Assembly: GCA_965222605.1 (NCBI GenBank) | Contig: OZ244960.1 | Coordinates: 1,568,001 to 1,632,000 of the forward strand | From: Candidatus Latescibacterota bacterium | Lineage (GTDB): Bacteria; Latescibacterota; UBA2968 | DNA: 64,000 nt | Direction of reading: 5' to 3' | In this document: positions 18,663 through 28,330 of the stretch, piece by piece | How the letters are laid out: every line of letters starts with the position of its first letter | Position numbering within the stretch: position 1 is the stretch's first letter | Notes under the pieces: generated by a model | Databases searched by the model: none | Seen by the model: only the letters and a program-made list of their open reading frames with translations | Told to the model about the DNA's origin: nothing | Program-made: the position numbers and the translations under genes

Positions 18663-18698
18663 TAAAAAACGTCAATGAAAAAACCCATTGACGTTTTT
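18663..18698. terminator. Hairpin or bidirectional terminator after the second bEBP
   Basis: AAAAACGTCAATG...CATTGACGTTTTT inverted repeat. Confidence 0.5.
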
Positions 18699-18725
18699 CT
18701 TTGCAGGACTTTTCTTGAGCTTATC

Positions 18726-21700
18726 ATGCAATACATCGCCGACATACACCTGCATTCGCGTTTTGCCCGCGCAACCAGCAAAACCTTGAACCCCGAAAAT
18801 CTGTATCGGTGGAGCCTCATCAAAGGTCTAAACGTGGTAGGCACTGGAGATTTCACCCATCCCGTATGGTATGAAGAACTGCGCGACCAACTCGAACCAG
18901 CCGAAGAAGGGTTATATCAATTGCGATCAGACCTCAGGCGAGGTATCGACGCCGAGTTGCCGCCAGCCTGCCGCGGACAAATGCGGTTTGTGCTCTCCGT
19001 CGAAATCAGTCTCATCTACAAAAAAAACGACAAAACCAGAAAAATTCATCACGTCGTTTTAATGCCAAATTTTGACGCCGTAGCGCGTTTGAACGCGCGA
19101 CTCGGTGCAATAGGCAATCTGAAATCGGACGGACGCCCCATCCTGGGCCTGGACAGCCGGGACCTGGTGGAAATTTGTCTGGAAGCGTGTGAAGACGTAC
19201 TCTTTATACCCGCACATATCTGGACCCCTCATTTTGCGGTCCTGGGCGCGAGTTCCGGGTTTGACACCCTCGAAGAGTGTTTTGAAGACATGCTACCCCA
19301 CATTTTCGCCGTAGAAACCGGCCTGTCTTCCGACCCACCGATGAATTGGCGGCTATCCATGCTGGACAACTACGCAATCGTCTCCAATTCAGACGCGCAT
19401 TCTCCGCAAAAGCTGGCCCGCGAAGCCACCTGCTTTAATACCGAATTATCCTTCCGCGGAATGTATAACGCATTAAAAGACCGCGACCCAACGCGCTTTA
19501 CGGGCACACTGGAATTTTATCCCGAAGAAGGCAAATATCACTTCGACGGACATCGAAAATGCGATATATGCTGGAAACCCGGACAAACCCTCGACGCAGA
19601 CGGAATCTGCCCGGTATGTGGCCGCAAATTGACCGTTGGTGTATTGCACCGCGTTGAAAAACTCGCAGACCGCGCAGAAGGCGATCGCCCCGACGTGACA
19701 ATGCCCTTTGAAAATCTGATCCCACTGCCAGAAATCATCGGCTCAGTCCTCCAGGTGGGACCTGCGAGCAAACGCGTACAAACCGTGTACGAGCAAATGC
19801 TTGCAACACACGGGGCAGAACTAAAAATATTGCGCCAACTACCCATCGAAGAAATCGCAAAAACCGGAGACCCCCTCATCGCCGAAGGCATTCGACGCAT
19901 GCGCGAAGGAACGGTTCACATCGCCCCGGGATACGATGGCGTGTACGGAAAGATTCAAGTCTTCTCCGACGAAGACCGCGCACTAATAAGCGGCCAGGAA
20001 TCGCTGTTTCACATACCAGCCGCGGAGCCTTCAAAAGAGAAAGCAGAGAACGCGAGCCAGGACAAAAGCACAAAAACCGCGCCGGACAAAGATTCTCCCT
20101 TCACACTTCCTCCTTCTCCCATCTCACTTCACACTTCCCACTTCACACTTCTCACTTCACATCAGCAAGCAGCCGTAACCATGGACAAAGGTCCTATCAT
20201 CGTAACCGCGGGACCAGGCACAGGAAAAACCCGGGTACTCACCCATCGCGTAATCGACCTGATTCAAAATCGCGGCATATCACCCGCTTCTGTAATGGCC
20301 GTAACATTCACCAACCGCGCCGCGGCTGAAATGTGGGAACGCATCGTATCACTATCCTCGGGAGGCGAAGAACTGGTACCCATGCGCGTGGGCACGTTTC
20401 ACCGATTGGCACTGGACCTCTTGCGAGAACACGCCCCCGATCGACTGGGCGCAATTGCCGATCGCGGAGAAGCCCGTGCCGTCTTGCAAGAAGTAATCGC
20501 CGATATCGATACCAAAATACCAGTCGATGACGCGCTCTCCCAAATTTCGCTATGCAAAGCTGAGGGACAGGAACTATCCGATATCGCCCCCCCTGAACTC
20601 CAAACCATATATACAAATTATCAACACCGCCTGACCGCTTATGGACTCATGGACTTTGACGATATCTTGCTCATCCTCCACGATGTACTCTGCGGCGATA
20701 TTCTGCGGGCAGTGCAAGCGCGTTTTTCCCATGTACTCGTCGATGAATTTCAGGATGTCAACGCCGTACAATACGCCCTAATTCAAAAATTAGCCGGAGA
20801 AGGTTCGGGACTATTCGTCATCGGCGACCCCGATCAGGCAATCTACGGTTTTCGAGGCGCGAGCGCGGGATATTTTGCACAATTAAAAGCGGATTTTCCC
20901 GGAGCAAATGAAATAATCTTACAACGCACATTTCGCTCCACCCCTCAGATCATCTCCGCAGCATCCAGCCTGCTTCGCGGACGATCGTACGTTCCCGTGC
21001 GAGAAAACGGCCCAAACCTGAGAGCCTTATCCACACCGGGCGAAATCGGCGAAGGCATCGCCATCGTAGATGAAATCTCCCGAATGGTCGGCGGCGCAGA
21101 CTTATTGCAAGCCAACGAAGAGGGCAAACGCAGCCTGGACGATTTCGCCGTCTTATTCCGCACCGGACGCCAGGCCGACGCCCTGGAAACGTGCTTCTTA
21201 CAGGCCGGAATCCCCTATCGTGTCGTCGGACAGAAAAATTATCTGGAAGCGGCTTCAGTACAGTACGCACTATCGTTTTTTAAGTATGCCTCGCGGGATG
21301 ATATTTCCACAGACGCCCCATCCACCAGCGAAACCCACGCCTTAATCGACCTTCTCTCCATCCCCGCATTTGACCCGGGCCGAGAAGCCCGCGCATCAAT
21401 ACGCCAACAAATTCAAAATAACGCGCTATCAGACACTGTGCAGGAAAAGTTGGACGCCGCGATGGAAGCTGTGAATCGCTTCCGCAATGAAATATCGCAC
21501 CTATCGCCCTCGGAACTCATAGCGAAGTGGACAGACGAATTTGCGACATCAGACGATATCGATATCGAGCGATTGGGCCTTTTGGCCCAAGGCGTGGATT
21601 CCATCGCAGAATTATTGGAAATCGTCACCCTGGGACAGGATGGCGACTTTGTGCGTCGTGGAAAAATTGCGCGTCCCGAAGCCGTCACACTCATGACCTT

Positions 21701-21992
21701 GCATGCGTCTAAGGGCCTGGAGTTCCCCGTGGTATTTATCTGTGGGGTTGAGGAGGGATTGATACCACACGCCGAAGCGGATATCGAAGAAGAAAGGCGG
21801 CTATTTTTTGTCGGCATAACGCGCGGACAAGACGAAGTAATCTTAACCCGCGCCCGAAGCCGCAGACGGTTTGGCGAACGCATCGCACCCGAAATATCGC
21901 GCTTTGTAGCCGACATTCCCGAAGACGTAATCGACTTTGTCGATTTGCGAACCGAAAGACGCAAACCCGCCGAGCAATTATCCCTATTTTAA
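18726..21992 (+). CDS. Endonuclease Q (PHP domain)-UvrD/Rep helicase fusion
   Basis: EndoQ motifs ADIHLHSRF, GTGDFTHP, SNSDAHS, EEGKYHFDGHRKC and CPVCG; UvrD motifs AGPGTGKT, VDEFQD, IGDPDQAIYGFRGA, TLHASKGLEF and EEERRLFFVGITR. Confidence 0.92.
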   Translation: MQYIADIHLHSRFARATSKTLNPENLYRWSLIKGLNVVGTGDFTHPVWYEELRDQLEPAEEGLYQLRSDLRRGIDAELPPACRGQMRFVLSVEISLIYKKNDKTRKIHHVVLMPNFDAVARLNARLGAIGNLKSDGRPILGLDSRDLVEICLEACEDVLFIPAHIWTPHFAVLGASSGFDTLEECFEDMLPHIFAVETGLSSDPPMNWRLSMLDNYAIVSNSDAHSPQKLAREATCFNTELSFRGMYNALKDRDPTRFTGTLEFYPEEGKYHFDGHRKCDICWKPGQTLDADGICPVCGRKLTVGVLHRVEKLADRAEGDRPDVTMPFENLIPLPEIIGSVLQVGPASKRVQTVYEQMLATHGAELKILRQLPIEEIAKTGDPLIAEGIRRMREGTVHIAPGYDGVYGKIQVFSDEDRALISGQESLFHIPAAEPSKEKAENASQDKSTKTAPDKDSPFTLPPSPISLHTSHFTLLTSHQQAAVTMDKGPIIVTAGPGTGKTRVLTHRVIDLIQNRGISPASVMAVTFTNRAAAEMWERIVSLSSGGEELVPMRVGTFHRLALDLLREHAPDRLGAIADRGEARAVLQEVIADIDTKIPVDDALSQISLCKAEGQELSDIAPPELQTIYTNYQHRLTAYGLMDFDDILLILHDVLCGDILRAVQARFSHVLVDEFQDVNAVQYALIQKLAGEGSGLFVIGDPDQAIYGFRGASAGYFAQLKADFPGANEIILQRTFRSTPQIISAASSLLRGRSYVPVRENGPNLRALSTPGEIGEGIAIVDEISRMVGGADLLQANEEGKRSLDDFAVLFRTGRQADALETCFLQAGIPYRVVGQKNYLEAASVQYALSFFKYASRDDISTDAPSTSETHALIDLLSIPAFDPGREARASIRQQIQNNALSDTVQEKLDAAMEAVNRFRNEISHLSPSELIAKWTDEFATSDDIDIERLGLLAQGVDSIAELLEIVTLGQDGDFVRRGKIARPEAVTLMTLHASKGLEFPVVFICGVEEGLIPHAEADIEEERRLFFVGITRGQDEVILTRARSRRRFGERIAPEISRFVADIPEDVIDFVDLRTERRKPAEQLSLF
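20097..20159 (+). repeat. Nine degenerate CACTTC(A/C/T) heptamers in the EndoQ-UvrD linker
   Basis: CCCTTCA CACTTCC TCCTTCT CCCATCT CACTTCA CACTTCC CACTTCA CACTTCT CACTTCA = 63 bp, frame-preserving. Confidence 0.85.
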
Positions 21993-23291
21993 AATATCGA
22001 GCATCTCGTGTACAGCATTGTGAATGCGGTCTTCTGTATCTGCCACAAACGGACCCGTGCGTTTCCAGTGTTGCTGGTTGAACCAGACCTCGTATCCCCC
22101 TTCTGGAATCTGGCGTTTGACGGGGATATAACCGACAATATCATTTGTATAAGCCGTCACCAGAAGATTGTCAAAATAAGGCGCCAATTCTTTCTTCAAA
22201 CGCAGCCCATGCTCCACGTTCATCTCACCGGCAAGCCCGACAATAGCCAGCGCATTGCCAAAACGCACCGTCTGGATCTCAAACGGAAAGCTGGTAGCGA
22301 CGGGAATATTGTTTTCAACGCTCTCGAACAAATGTCGCGCCCATGCCTGTACATATCCCGGACCTGCGTCCAGGCTGGACTTGACGAGATCCATATCAAT
22401 GGGTTCAGTCTCTATATTCAGCACCGTCTGAGCAATAGAAATCGGACCGCTTATGGGCCGCAGGGCATCCGAGGCGAGTACCCGGGTAACGGATTCACCC
22501 AATTCGGTGCCAATATCGCGGATCTCATCAACCTCCCGCGGTATAAAAGTACCTGACATCGGATCAACGGGCTTCGTCTTCTGATCTCCGGCACAACCCT
22601 GCAAAAAACAAGTCGCGATATCGGGATACATCGCTTCAATATGGTCATATGCAAAACACACGTAATCCCCCCCAATAAGCGTTCCGCTGCGGCTGGTGGG
22701 GTGACAGGCATAAGAAAAAATAACACATCGCAACTCGCCTTCAGGAGATTCGACTGCGATAACCGGAACATCGTGGTCGTGAGGCGCATTCAAAGTGGGT
22801 ATCCACTCTACGCCGCCTTTTCCATCTGGCTTTCGACGAGATACCGCGATATCACAGTTCCCCACACCAAAACTAAGACGCGCGGGAGATCGTGCCTCCC
22901 AGGCTATTTTTGCACAGCGCGCGACTTTTTCAAAGAGATCTTCGAGATAATCGTCGTCCAGTTCCCCATGCCGCTCCCTGTCCATTTCCCGGATACAGGG
23001 ACCGCAATGGGTATGCGAGCCATTGAGAATAATACGCGCCGGATCAATACCCGTAACCGCGTTAATTCTGCTTCTCACCGCTTCCGTGCGTTCGTAAAAA
23101 CCCAAAATCTCGGCACCGACAATAAGCAGCGGCGTCTGACCATCATCTATCGCGACCGCCGTAGCCTTCAGAGGATGATAAACTTCAGTAGAAGGCTCTT
23201 GCCGCGCCGCGAAACCAGCCAGATAAATCCCCACGGGCGGGGTAATATCGACAGTGCTAACGCCGACCTGATAGATATTATTCGATGACAT
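21984..23291 (-). CDS. Neutral/alkaline ceramidase N-terminal domain-like amidohydrolase
   Basis: Motifs VDITPP...LAGF, SHTHCGP, YACHPT, QGCAGD and GYIP...EGGYE. Confidence 0.8.
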   Translation of the reverse strand: MSSNNIYQVGVSTVDITPPVGIYLAGFAARQEPSTEVYHPLKATAVAIDDGQTPLLIVGAEILGFYERTEAVRSRINAVTGIDPARIILNGSHTHCGPCIREMDRERHGELDDDYLEDLFEKVARCAKIAWEARSPARLSFGVGNCDIAVSRRKPDGKGGVEWIPTLNAPHDHDVPVIAVESPEGELRCVIFSYACHPTSRSGTLIGGDYVCFAYDHIEAMYPDIATCFLQGCAGDQKTKPVDPMSGTFIPREVDEIRDIGTELGESVTRVLASDALRPISGPISIAQTVLNIETEPIDMDLVKSSLDAGPGYVQAWARHLFESVENNIPVATSFPFEIQTVRFGNALAIVGLAGEMNVEHGLRLKKELAPYFDNLLVTAYTNDIVGYIPVKRQIPEGGYEVWFNQQHWKRTGPFVADTEDRIHNAVHEMLDILK

Positions 23292-23303
23292 GTCATGTAT
23301 TCC

Positions 23304-24458
23304 TTATGAAAATCGCGTAATTTGATAGGCATCAATACCAGTCTCGAGATCTCTCCCCAGAACGAGATCCGCGATAAGTTTGCCGCTATAGGGACCGAGT
23401 TGCAAGCCAGTGGGACCGTGTCCTGTTGCGAGATAAATATTTTGAATACTGGGCACCTGCCCCAACACCGGCAAATGGTCCTCCGTGTAAGGACGCAACC
23501 CAACCCGGATCTCTCGGACCTCTGCCTGCGCCAGACCCGGCGCAACCCGCAGGGCTTCTGCGAGAACCTCGAGCACCCCCGCGGCAGTCGTGCGAGCCTC
23601 AAAACCGGATCCAGTTTCCCGGGTAGCCCCCACAACCACGCGGCCATCCGGCCAGGGAACCATATAATGACCCCGCACAGCACTGATAATGGGCCAGGAC
23701 GACGTATCCGTATCGCCCAAACCCAGATGAATAATCTGACCGCGCTGAGGCTCGACCGGGATATGAACGCCAAGCTGATCCCCGAATGCCTGCGACCATG
23801 CCCCACCCGCGATAACGACTTTACCGGCGGAGATCGTTTCTCCGTCTGTTATAACACCCGTAACCGAATCATCCTGGATACATAGCTGATCAACCCCAGC
23901 GTATTTAACCGCCAGTCCCTTCGCCTCCGCAGCCCTGTGCAAAGCAGCCGATAAAAGCCGACCATCCACGCGAGCGGCATCGCGGTAGTAAATAGCACCG
24001 CGCACATCCCCCAGAGCGGGAAAGCGCCTGCGCGCCTCATCCGATGAAATCTCGTACAGATCTTCCTCAGCCGGTTCACCGCGTTGATCCCGGCGATTGA
24101 AAATATGTTGTCGCGCAATAGCAAAGGATTCTATCTCATCGTACGAAACAGCGACGAGTAGCATACCGCAAGTTGCAAAACCCGTATCCCCATCCTGTTC
24201 CGCCTGCAAATTCTCCACCAATTGCGGATAATATTCAAAAGCAAACGCGGCAAGACGCAGCCAGGGATCCGGATCGCGGGTATTACTGGCGTTGTGCTTC
24301 GCGTGGGTAGCAGGCGAAAGAATACCCGCCCCTGCATCCGTAGCGCGCCCAGCATCCCTCCGGTCAATAAGCAGGGTCTTCGCGCCGTCACACACCAGAT
24401 GATACGCGGTAGAAATCCCGACAATACCGCCGCCGATAACAATAGCGTCATAGGTCAT
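23304..24458 (-). CDS. FAD-dependent D-amino acid/glycine oxidase family protein (DadA/ThiO-like)
   Basis: Motifs IVIGGGIVG, ATDAGAG, PQRGQ, GLRP and ATGHG. Confidence 0.88.
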   Translation of the reverse strand: MTYDAIVIGGGIVGISTAYHLVCDGAKTLLIDRRDAGRATDAGAGILSPATHAKHNASNTRDPDPWLRLAAFAFEYYPQLVENLQAEQDGDTGFATCGMLLVAVSYDEIESFAIARQHIFNRRDQRGEPAEEDLYEISSDEARRRFPALGDVRGAIYYRDAARVDGRLLSAALHRAAEAKGLAVKYAGVDQLCIQDDSVTGVITDGETISAGKVVIAGGAWSQAFGDQLGVHIPVEPQRGQIIHLGLGDTDTSSWPIISAVRGHYMVPWPDGRVVVGATRETGSGFEARTTAAGVLEVLAEALRVAPGLAQAEVREIRVGLRPYTEDHLPVLGQVPSIQNIYLATGHGPTGLQLGPYSGKLIADLVLGRDLETGIDAYQITRFS

Positions 24459-24511
24459 TGTGCACTCAAAATCGAAGGCATCTCACGCAAAAACGCAATG
24501 GTAAATTCGCC

Positions 24512-25654
24512 CTATAAGCTGGCATAGAGCAACCCCAGCACGGCGATGATGCCTGTGGAAATAAGGCCCAGTGTAAAGGGTTGAATCCCTCCGGTCTTGA
24601 GGGCGCGAAATTCGGTGATGAGACCGACGCCAGCCATCGCGCAGGTGATGAGCCATTTACCGGCGGTACCCAATAGGACAGCCAGGTTCAGGGTGCGGTC
24701 GCCGCCGCCAAAGATGAAGCGATCGGTCATGTGCAGGGTGATTTCAGGCAAAAATCCGGTGGTTCTCAGAAAGGCCAGACCGAGAAAGAAGATGACAAAC
24801 GTGGGGATCAGTTTGGCGTAGTTGACAGTCTGCCCCACAAAGGCTTCCTGCTTGCGGCGCTGGTGGGCATAGACGGCACTGAAGATAAAGATGGTGGGGC
24901 CGAGCAGAGAAATACGGGTAAGTTTGACAACGGTGGCGATCTCGCCTGCGGTCTGGCCGTTGGTAGAATGGGCAAAGCCAGCGGCGATGACCTGCGGGGT
25001 GGCGTGGATCGCCAGGCCGCACCATTCGCCGTAGATCTCGGGAGAGAGCAGGAGGAACGCGCCCAGGATAGGGAAGAGCAGCATAGCCAGTACGCCGAGC
25101 AGGTTGATGGTGGCAATGGCAATGGCGATGTCTTCTTCTTCGGATTGGATGACGGGTGCAGCGGCAACAATGGCGGAACTACCGCAGATAGCGGTACCGA
25201 TGCCGATGAGCAGGGAAAGCTGGTTTTTGACTTTTACAAATCTGGAGAGATACCGGGTCGTCAGGATGATGAAGGCGATGATGAAAGCAGCGCCGAGCAG
25301 AACGCGCAGGCCCACCTCAAGCAGGTTGTAGAAGTCCAGACCCGCGCCAAGAAGGATGATGCCCAACGGCAGGATTCTTTTGATGACAATATCTACACCG
25401 GGTTTGAGCTGTGCGGATGACGGCACGAGGTTGCGCAAAATGAGGCCCAGGAGCAGGGCGAGCAGGACAGCACTGACAGGGTGCTGGTTGTTGGATAAGG
25501 TAAACGGTGGAAAGGGCGCGTTGTGAAGGTAAAATGCAATCCACGTGAGCGCCGCGCAAACGATGATACCCGGCCAGTGACTGGCCTGATCCCACATGGC
25601 GAGCTTTTTTCGGAACTGCCTTTCAAATGCCTGTTCTCGGCGGTTCAGGTCCAA
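24512..25654 (-). CDS. YeiH/putative sulfate exporter (UPF0324) membrane protein
   Basis: GIGTAICGSSAIVA and VVKLTR motifs; multiple TM helices. Confidence 0.88.
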   Translation of the reverse strand: MDLNRREQAFERQFRKKLAMWDQASHWPGIIVCAALTWIAFYLHNAPFPPFTLSNNQHPVSAVLLALLLGLILRNLVPSSAQLKPGVDIVIKRILPLGIILLGAGLDFYNLLEVGLRVLLGAAFIIAFIILTTRYLSRFVKVKNQLSLLIGIGTAICGSSAIVAAAPVIQSEEEDIAIAIATINLLGVLAMLLFPILGAFLLLSPEIYGEWCGLAIHATPQVIAAGFAHSTNGQTAGEIATVVKLTRISLLGPTIFIFSAVYAHQRRKQEAFVGQTVNYAKLIPTFVIFFLGLAFLRTTGFLPEITLHMTDRFIFGGGDRTLNLAVLLGTAGKWLITCAMAGVGLITEFRALKTGGIQPFTLGLISTGIIAVLGLLYASL

Positions 25655-25685
25655 GGGTCTTGTTCTCCTGCGATTTCTTTCCGGG

Positions 25686-26639
25686 CTATAACAGCACGCC
25701 AGTGTTGTATTCCTTCTCCTGTTTGAAATATTCTTCTACGCTGAAATAGCGTGTCCCGGTGTCGCAGAGAATGGTCACGACGTTCTGATCGGGGGAGAGG
25801 CGTTCGGCAACTTGACGGGCGGCAACCACGGCAGCGCCAGAGGAGATGCCAACCAGAAGGGATTCTTCTCTGGCCAGGGCTTCGGTCATGTTAAAGGCGG
25901 TGCGATCTTCTACGGCGATGACATCGTCGATGATGTCCAGGTTGAGGATGGCGGGTATGAATCCGGCGCCGATGCCCTCGATAGCATGGATGCCGGCAGA
26001 TTTTCCGCTGAGGATGGCAGAGGCAGCTGGTTCGACGGCGACAATCTGGATATTCGGGATTGCATTTTTCAGGACTTCACCCGCGCCGGTAATGGTGCCG
26101 CCAGTGCCTACGCCAGCGACAAAAGCGGCGATATTGCCGTCTGTGGCCTGGAGGATTTCGGGACCGGTGGTTTGACGGTGAATTTCGGGGTTGGCCGGGT
26201 TTTCAAACTGGCGGAGTTCAATGCAGTTGGGGTTTTGTTCGACGATTTCCCTGGCTTTTTTTACAGCACCTGCCATGTCCTGATCGCCGGGAGTAAGGAT
26301 GACTTCTGCGCCGTAGCGGGTGACGAGGGCGCGACGCTCAAAACTCATGGTTTCGGGCATCGTGAGGATGAGGCGGTAGTTGAATCGGGCGCAAATCATT
26401 GCCAGGCCAATGCCGGTATTACCGCTGGTGGCTTCGACAATGGCCATACCGCGTTTTAACCTGTGGGATTTTTCAGCGTCCTGGATCATGCTTAAGGCGA
26501 TGCGGTCCTTAACGCTACCACCGGGGTTGAGGTATTCGAGTTTGCCCAGAATCGTGGCGCCGCCGGGTGGCGAGAGATTGTCCAGACGCATCATCGGGGT
26601 TCTGCCAATGAGTTCGGCGATCTGGTTGCGGATTGCCAT
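25686..26639 (-). CDS. cysK: Cysteine synthase A (O-acetylserine sulfhydrylase)
   Basis: Motifs KLEYLNPGGSVKDR, EATSGNTGIG, QFENPAN, GVGTGGT, IEGIGAGFIP and GISSGA. Confidence 0.95.
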   Translation of the reverse strand: MAIRNQIAELIGRTPMMRLDNLSPPGGATILGKLEYLNPGGSVKDRIALSMIQDAEKSHRLKRGMAIVEATSGNTGIGLAMICARFNYRLILTMPETMSFERRALVTRYGAEVILTPGDQDMAGAVKKAREIVEQNPNCIELRQFENPANPEIHRQTTGPEILQATDGNIAAFVAGVGTGGTITGAGEVLKNAIPNIQIVAVEPAASAILSGKSAGIHAIEGIGAGFIPAILNLDIIDDVIAVEDRTAFNMTEALAREESLLVGISSGAAVVAARQVAERLSPDQNVVTILCDTGTRYFSVEEYFKQEKEYNTGVLL

Positions 26640-26727
26640 GGAGTTGCTCCTAAAAAACATAAAAACACCACAGAACCACACGAAAAGACGATGGACGGCA
26701 AATACCGTCTTTCTTTAAGTAAGCAAC

Positions 26728-26756
26728 AGGATAGCGAGAAAGCTGGGGGGTGTCAA
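26728..26756 (-). promoter_or_regulatory. Sigma70 promoter of cysK-yeiH
   Basis: Minus strand reads TTGACA-17 bp-TATCCT. Confidence 0.6.
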
Positions 26757-26812
26757 CCCATCTGAAAAGCACCACAGAACCACTTAGAAGGGTATTTTGG
26801 GCTGTGAACGGG

Positions 26813-27655
26813 TCATCCCGATAGACCCCATATCTCAGCCGCGGTACCGCCCAGAATGCGTTCTACATCCCCCTCCGTCAAAAAAGAAAGCCCCTCGCGA
26901 ATAAAGCGAAGTTCGTCAGCAAGCGTGGGCCATTTGTGTAAGACCCGGTGATGCCCGGGGTAACCAGTTCCCCAAACCGTGCGCTGTGCAGTAAAAACCT
27001 CCAGCGCTGCCACAATATAGGGATGTACATCTTCGTACGGATGAATTTTTTGCGAACGCCCAGCGACATCCGAGAGTTTAAAAAACACATTGTCAAAACG
27101 CGCCAGATCAAGGATAGGCTGATAATCGGCAAGCGGACGATCTATTTGCGGGTACCCCATATGGTCTAAGATGAGAACAGTATTCGGATACCGCTGAGCA
27201 ATCGCAGCGACCTGGTCGGCATCCTCAGGCCGCAGGTGAAATTGGATCACAGCGTCGAGCGCGGCGATCTCCTCCCACATCGGACCATTCTGTTCGGTAA
27301 GCAGAATCTTTTCATCGAGATAGTACATCGGATGCAGACGAAACCCAACCAGACCGCGCTCCCGAACCCAGTAGCGCACCTGCTCGGCATTGTCGGGATC
27401 CTGGGGATCAACAAGACCATGCCCGACAAACCGATCCGGGTATCGAACAACAGAATCCGCGATATAACCGTTGTCCCAGGTGGACCAACTCGTCTGCACA
27501 AGCACTGTCCAATCCACCCCCTCGGCATCCATCTCGACCAAGAGTTCCTCAGCAGTGCCCGGTTCATCCGGATAGCTATTCCACGTCGGCGCAGTGGGAC
27601 CAATGGGATACTTATCTGAAATTTCCCAGATGTGAACGTGCGTATCGACAATCAT
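26813..27655 (-). CDS. Amidohydrolase_2 family metal-dependent hydrolase
   Basis: Motifs IVDTHVHIW, GFRLHP, LDHMGYP, FFKLS and WGTGYP. Confidence 0.88.
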   Translation of the reverse strand: MIVDTHVHIWEISDKYPIGPTAPTWNSYPDEPGTAEELLVEMDAEGVDWTVLVQTSWSTWDNGYIADSVVRYPDRFVGHGLVDPQDPDNAEQVRYWVRERGLVGFRLHPMYYLDEKILLTEQNGPMWEEIAALDAVIQFHLRPEDADQVAAIAQRYPNTVLILDHMGYPQIDRPLADYQPILDLARFDNVFFKLSDVAGRSQKIHPYEDVHPYIVAALEVFTAQRTVWGTGYPGHHRVLHKWPTLADELRFIREGLSFLTEGDVERILGGTAAEIWGLSG

Positions 27656-27695
27656 AAAGAAGTCCTATCTTTTTTATCATCACAGGAGGATGATC

Positions 27696-27902
27696 ATGCA
27701 ACATCAAAACTGGAAATGCCTGAAATGTAACCACACAGATTTTGAAACCGATGAATTTCGAGCAACGGGTGGAATATCGAGATTCTTTGATATTCAAAAC
27801 AAAAAATTTACAACGGTAATATGCTCGCGATGCAACTACACAGAAATCTACCGCGCCGACTCCTCAACCATAGGCAACATATTCGACTTTTTCACGAGCT
27901 AA
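27696..27902 (+). CDS. Small zinc-ribbon nucleic acid-binding protein (DUF2082-like)
   Basis: WKCLKC...ICSRCNYTEIY, SRFFDIQNKKF and IFDFF; RBS AGGAGG. Confidence 0.82.
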   Translation: MQHQNWKCLKCNHTDFETDEFRATGGISRFFDIQNKKFTTVICSRCNYTEIYRADSSTIGNIFDFFTS

Positions 27903-28231
27903 ATGGAATGACTCATTTGTAGTTTGTTCTCTCGTGTTTCTATCGAAAATTTAAATCCTAATCCATATAGAATTTTGCCCATCGTGTTGAGTTGCGGATT
28001 TCCATTCTCAGAAAGGGCTTTATAAAGTCCCTCACGGGTCAGGCTAACGCGCTCGGCTAACTTAGACATGCCACCTTGCGCCTCTGCGACATCTCTCACT
28101 GCCAGTAAAAACGCCTCTATATCCCCATTTTGCTCATAATCCTCAAGCGCAACGGAAAGATATATCTTCGCGTCCTCTGGATCGCGTAGTTGCTCAATAT
28201 GATAGTCCTTGAAGTTTCTATAGTTACTCAT
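27899..28231 (-). CDS. Addiction module antidote protein (HI1420/HigA-like HTH), apparently orphan
   Basis: FLLAVRDVAEAQGGMSKLAERVSLTREGLYKALSENGNP matches this family; no toxin ORF lies upstream. Confidence 0.88.
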   Translation of the reverse strand: MSNYRNFKDYHIEQLRDPEDAKIYLSVALEDYEQNGDIEAFLLAVRDVAEAQGGMSKLAERVSLTREGLYKALSENGNPQLNTMGKILYGLGFKFSIETRENKLQMSHSI

Positions 28232-28330
28232 TTTTTGACTCTTTTGAATTAGGCTCTGTAAAACAAAAGCCCGATAGATAATCGTTCCATCGGGCTTATT
28301 CATATATGTACATAATTCCATATAATCGCG

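Noticed and set aside
26640-26727. SAM riboswitch or T-box upstream of cysK
   Set aside because: The leader is short with a single hairpin, and I could not find the conserved SAM-I or T-box motifs.
28303-28320. TACATAATTCC as the partner TIR of the IS1595 end at 31104
   Set aside because: It is in the same orientation rather than inverted, and the match is short and AT-rich.
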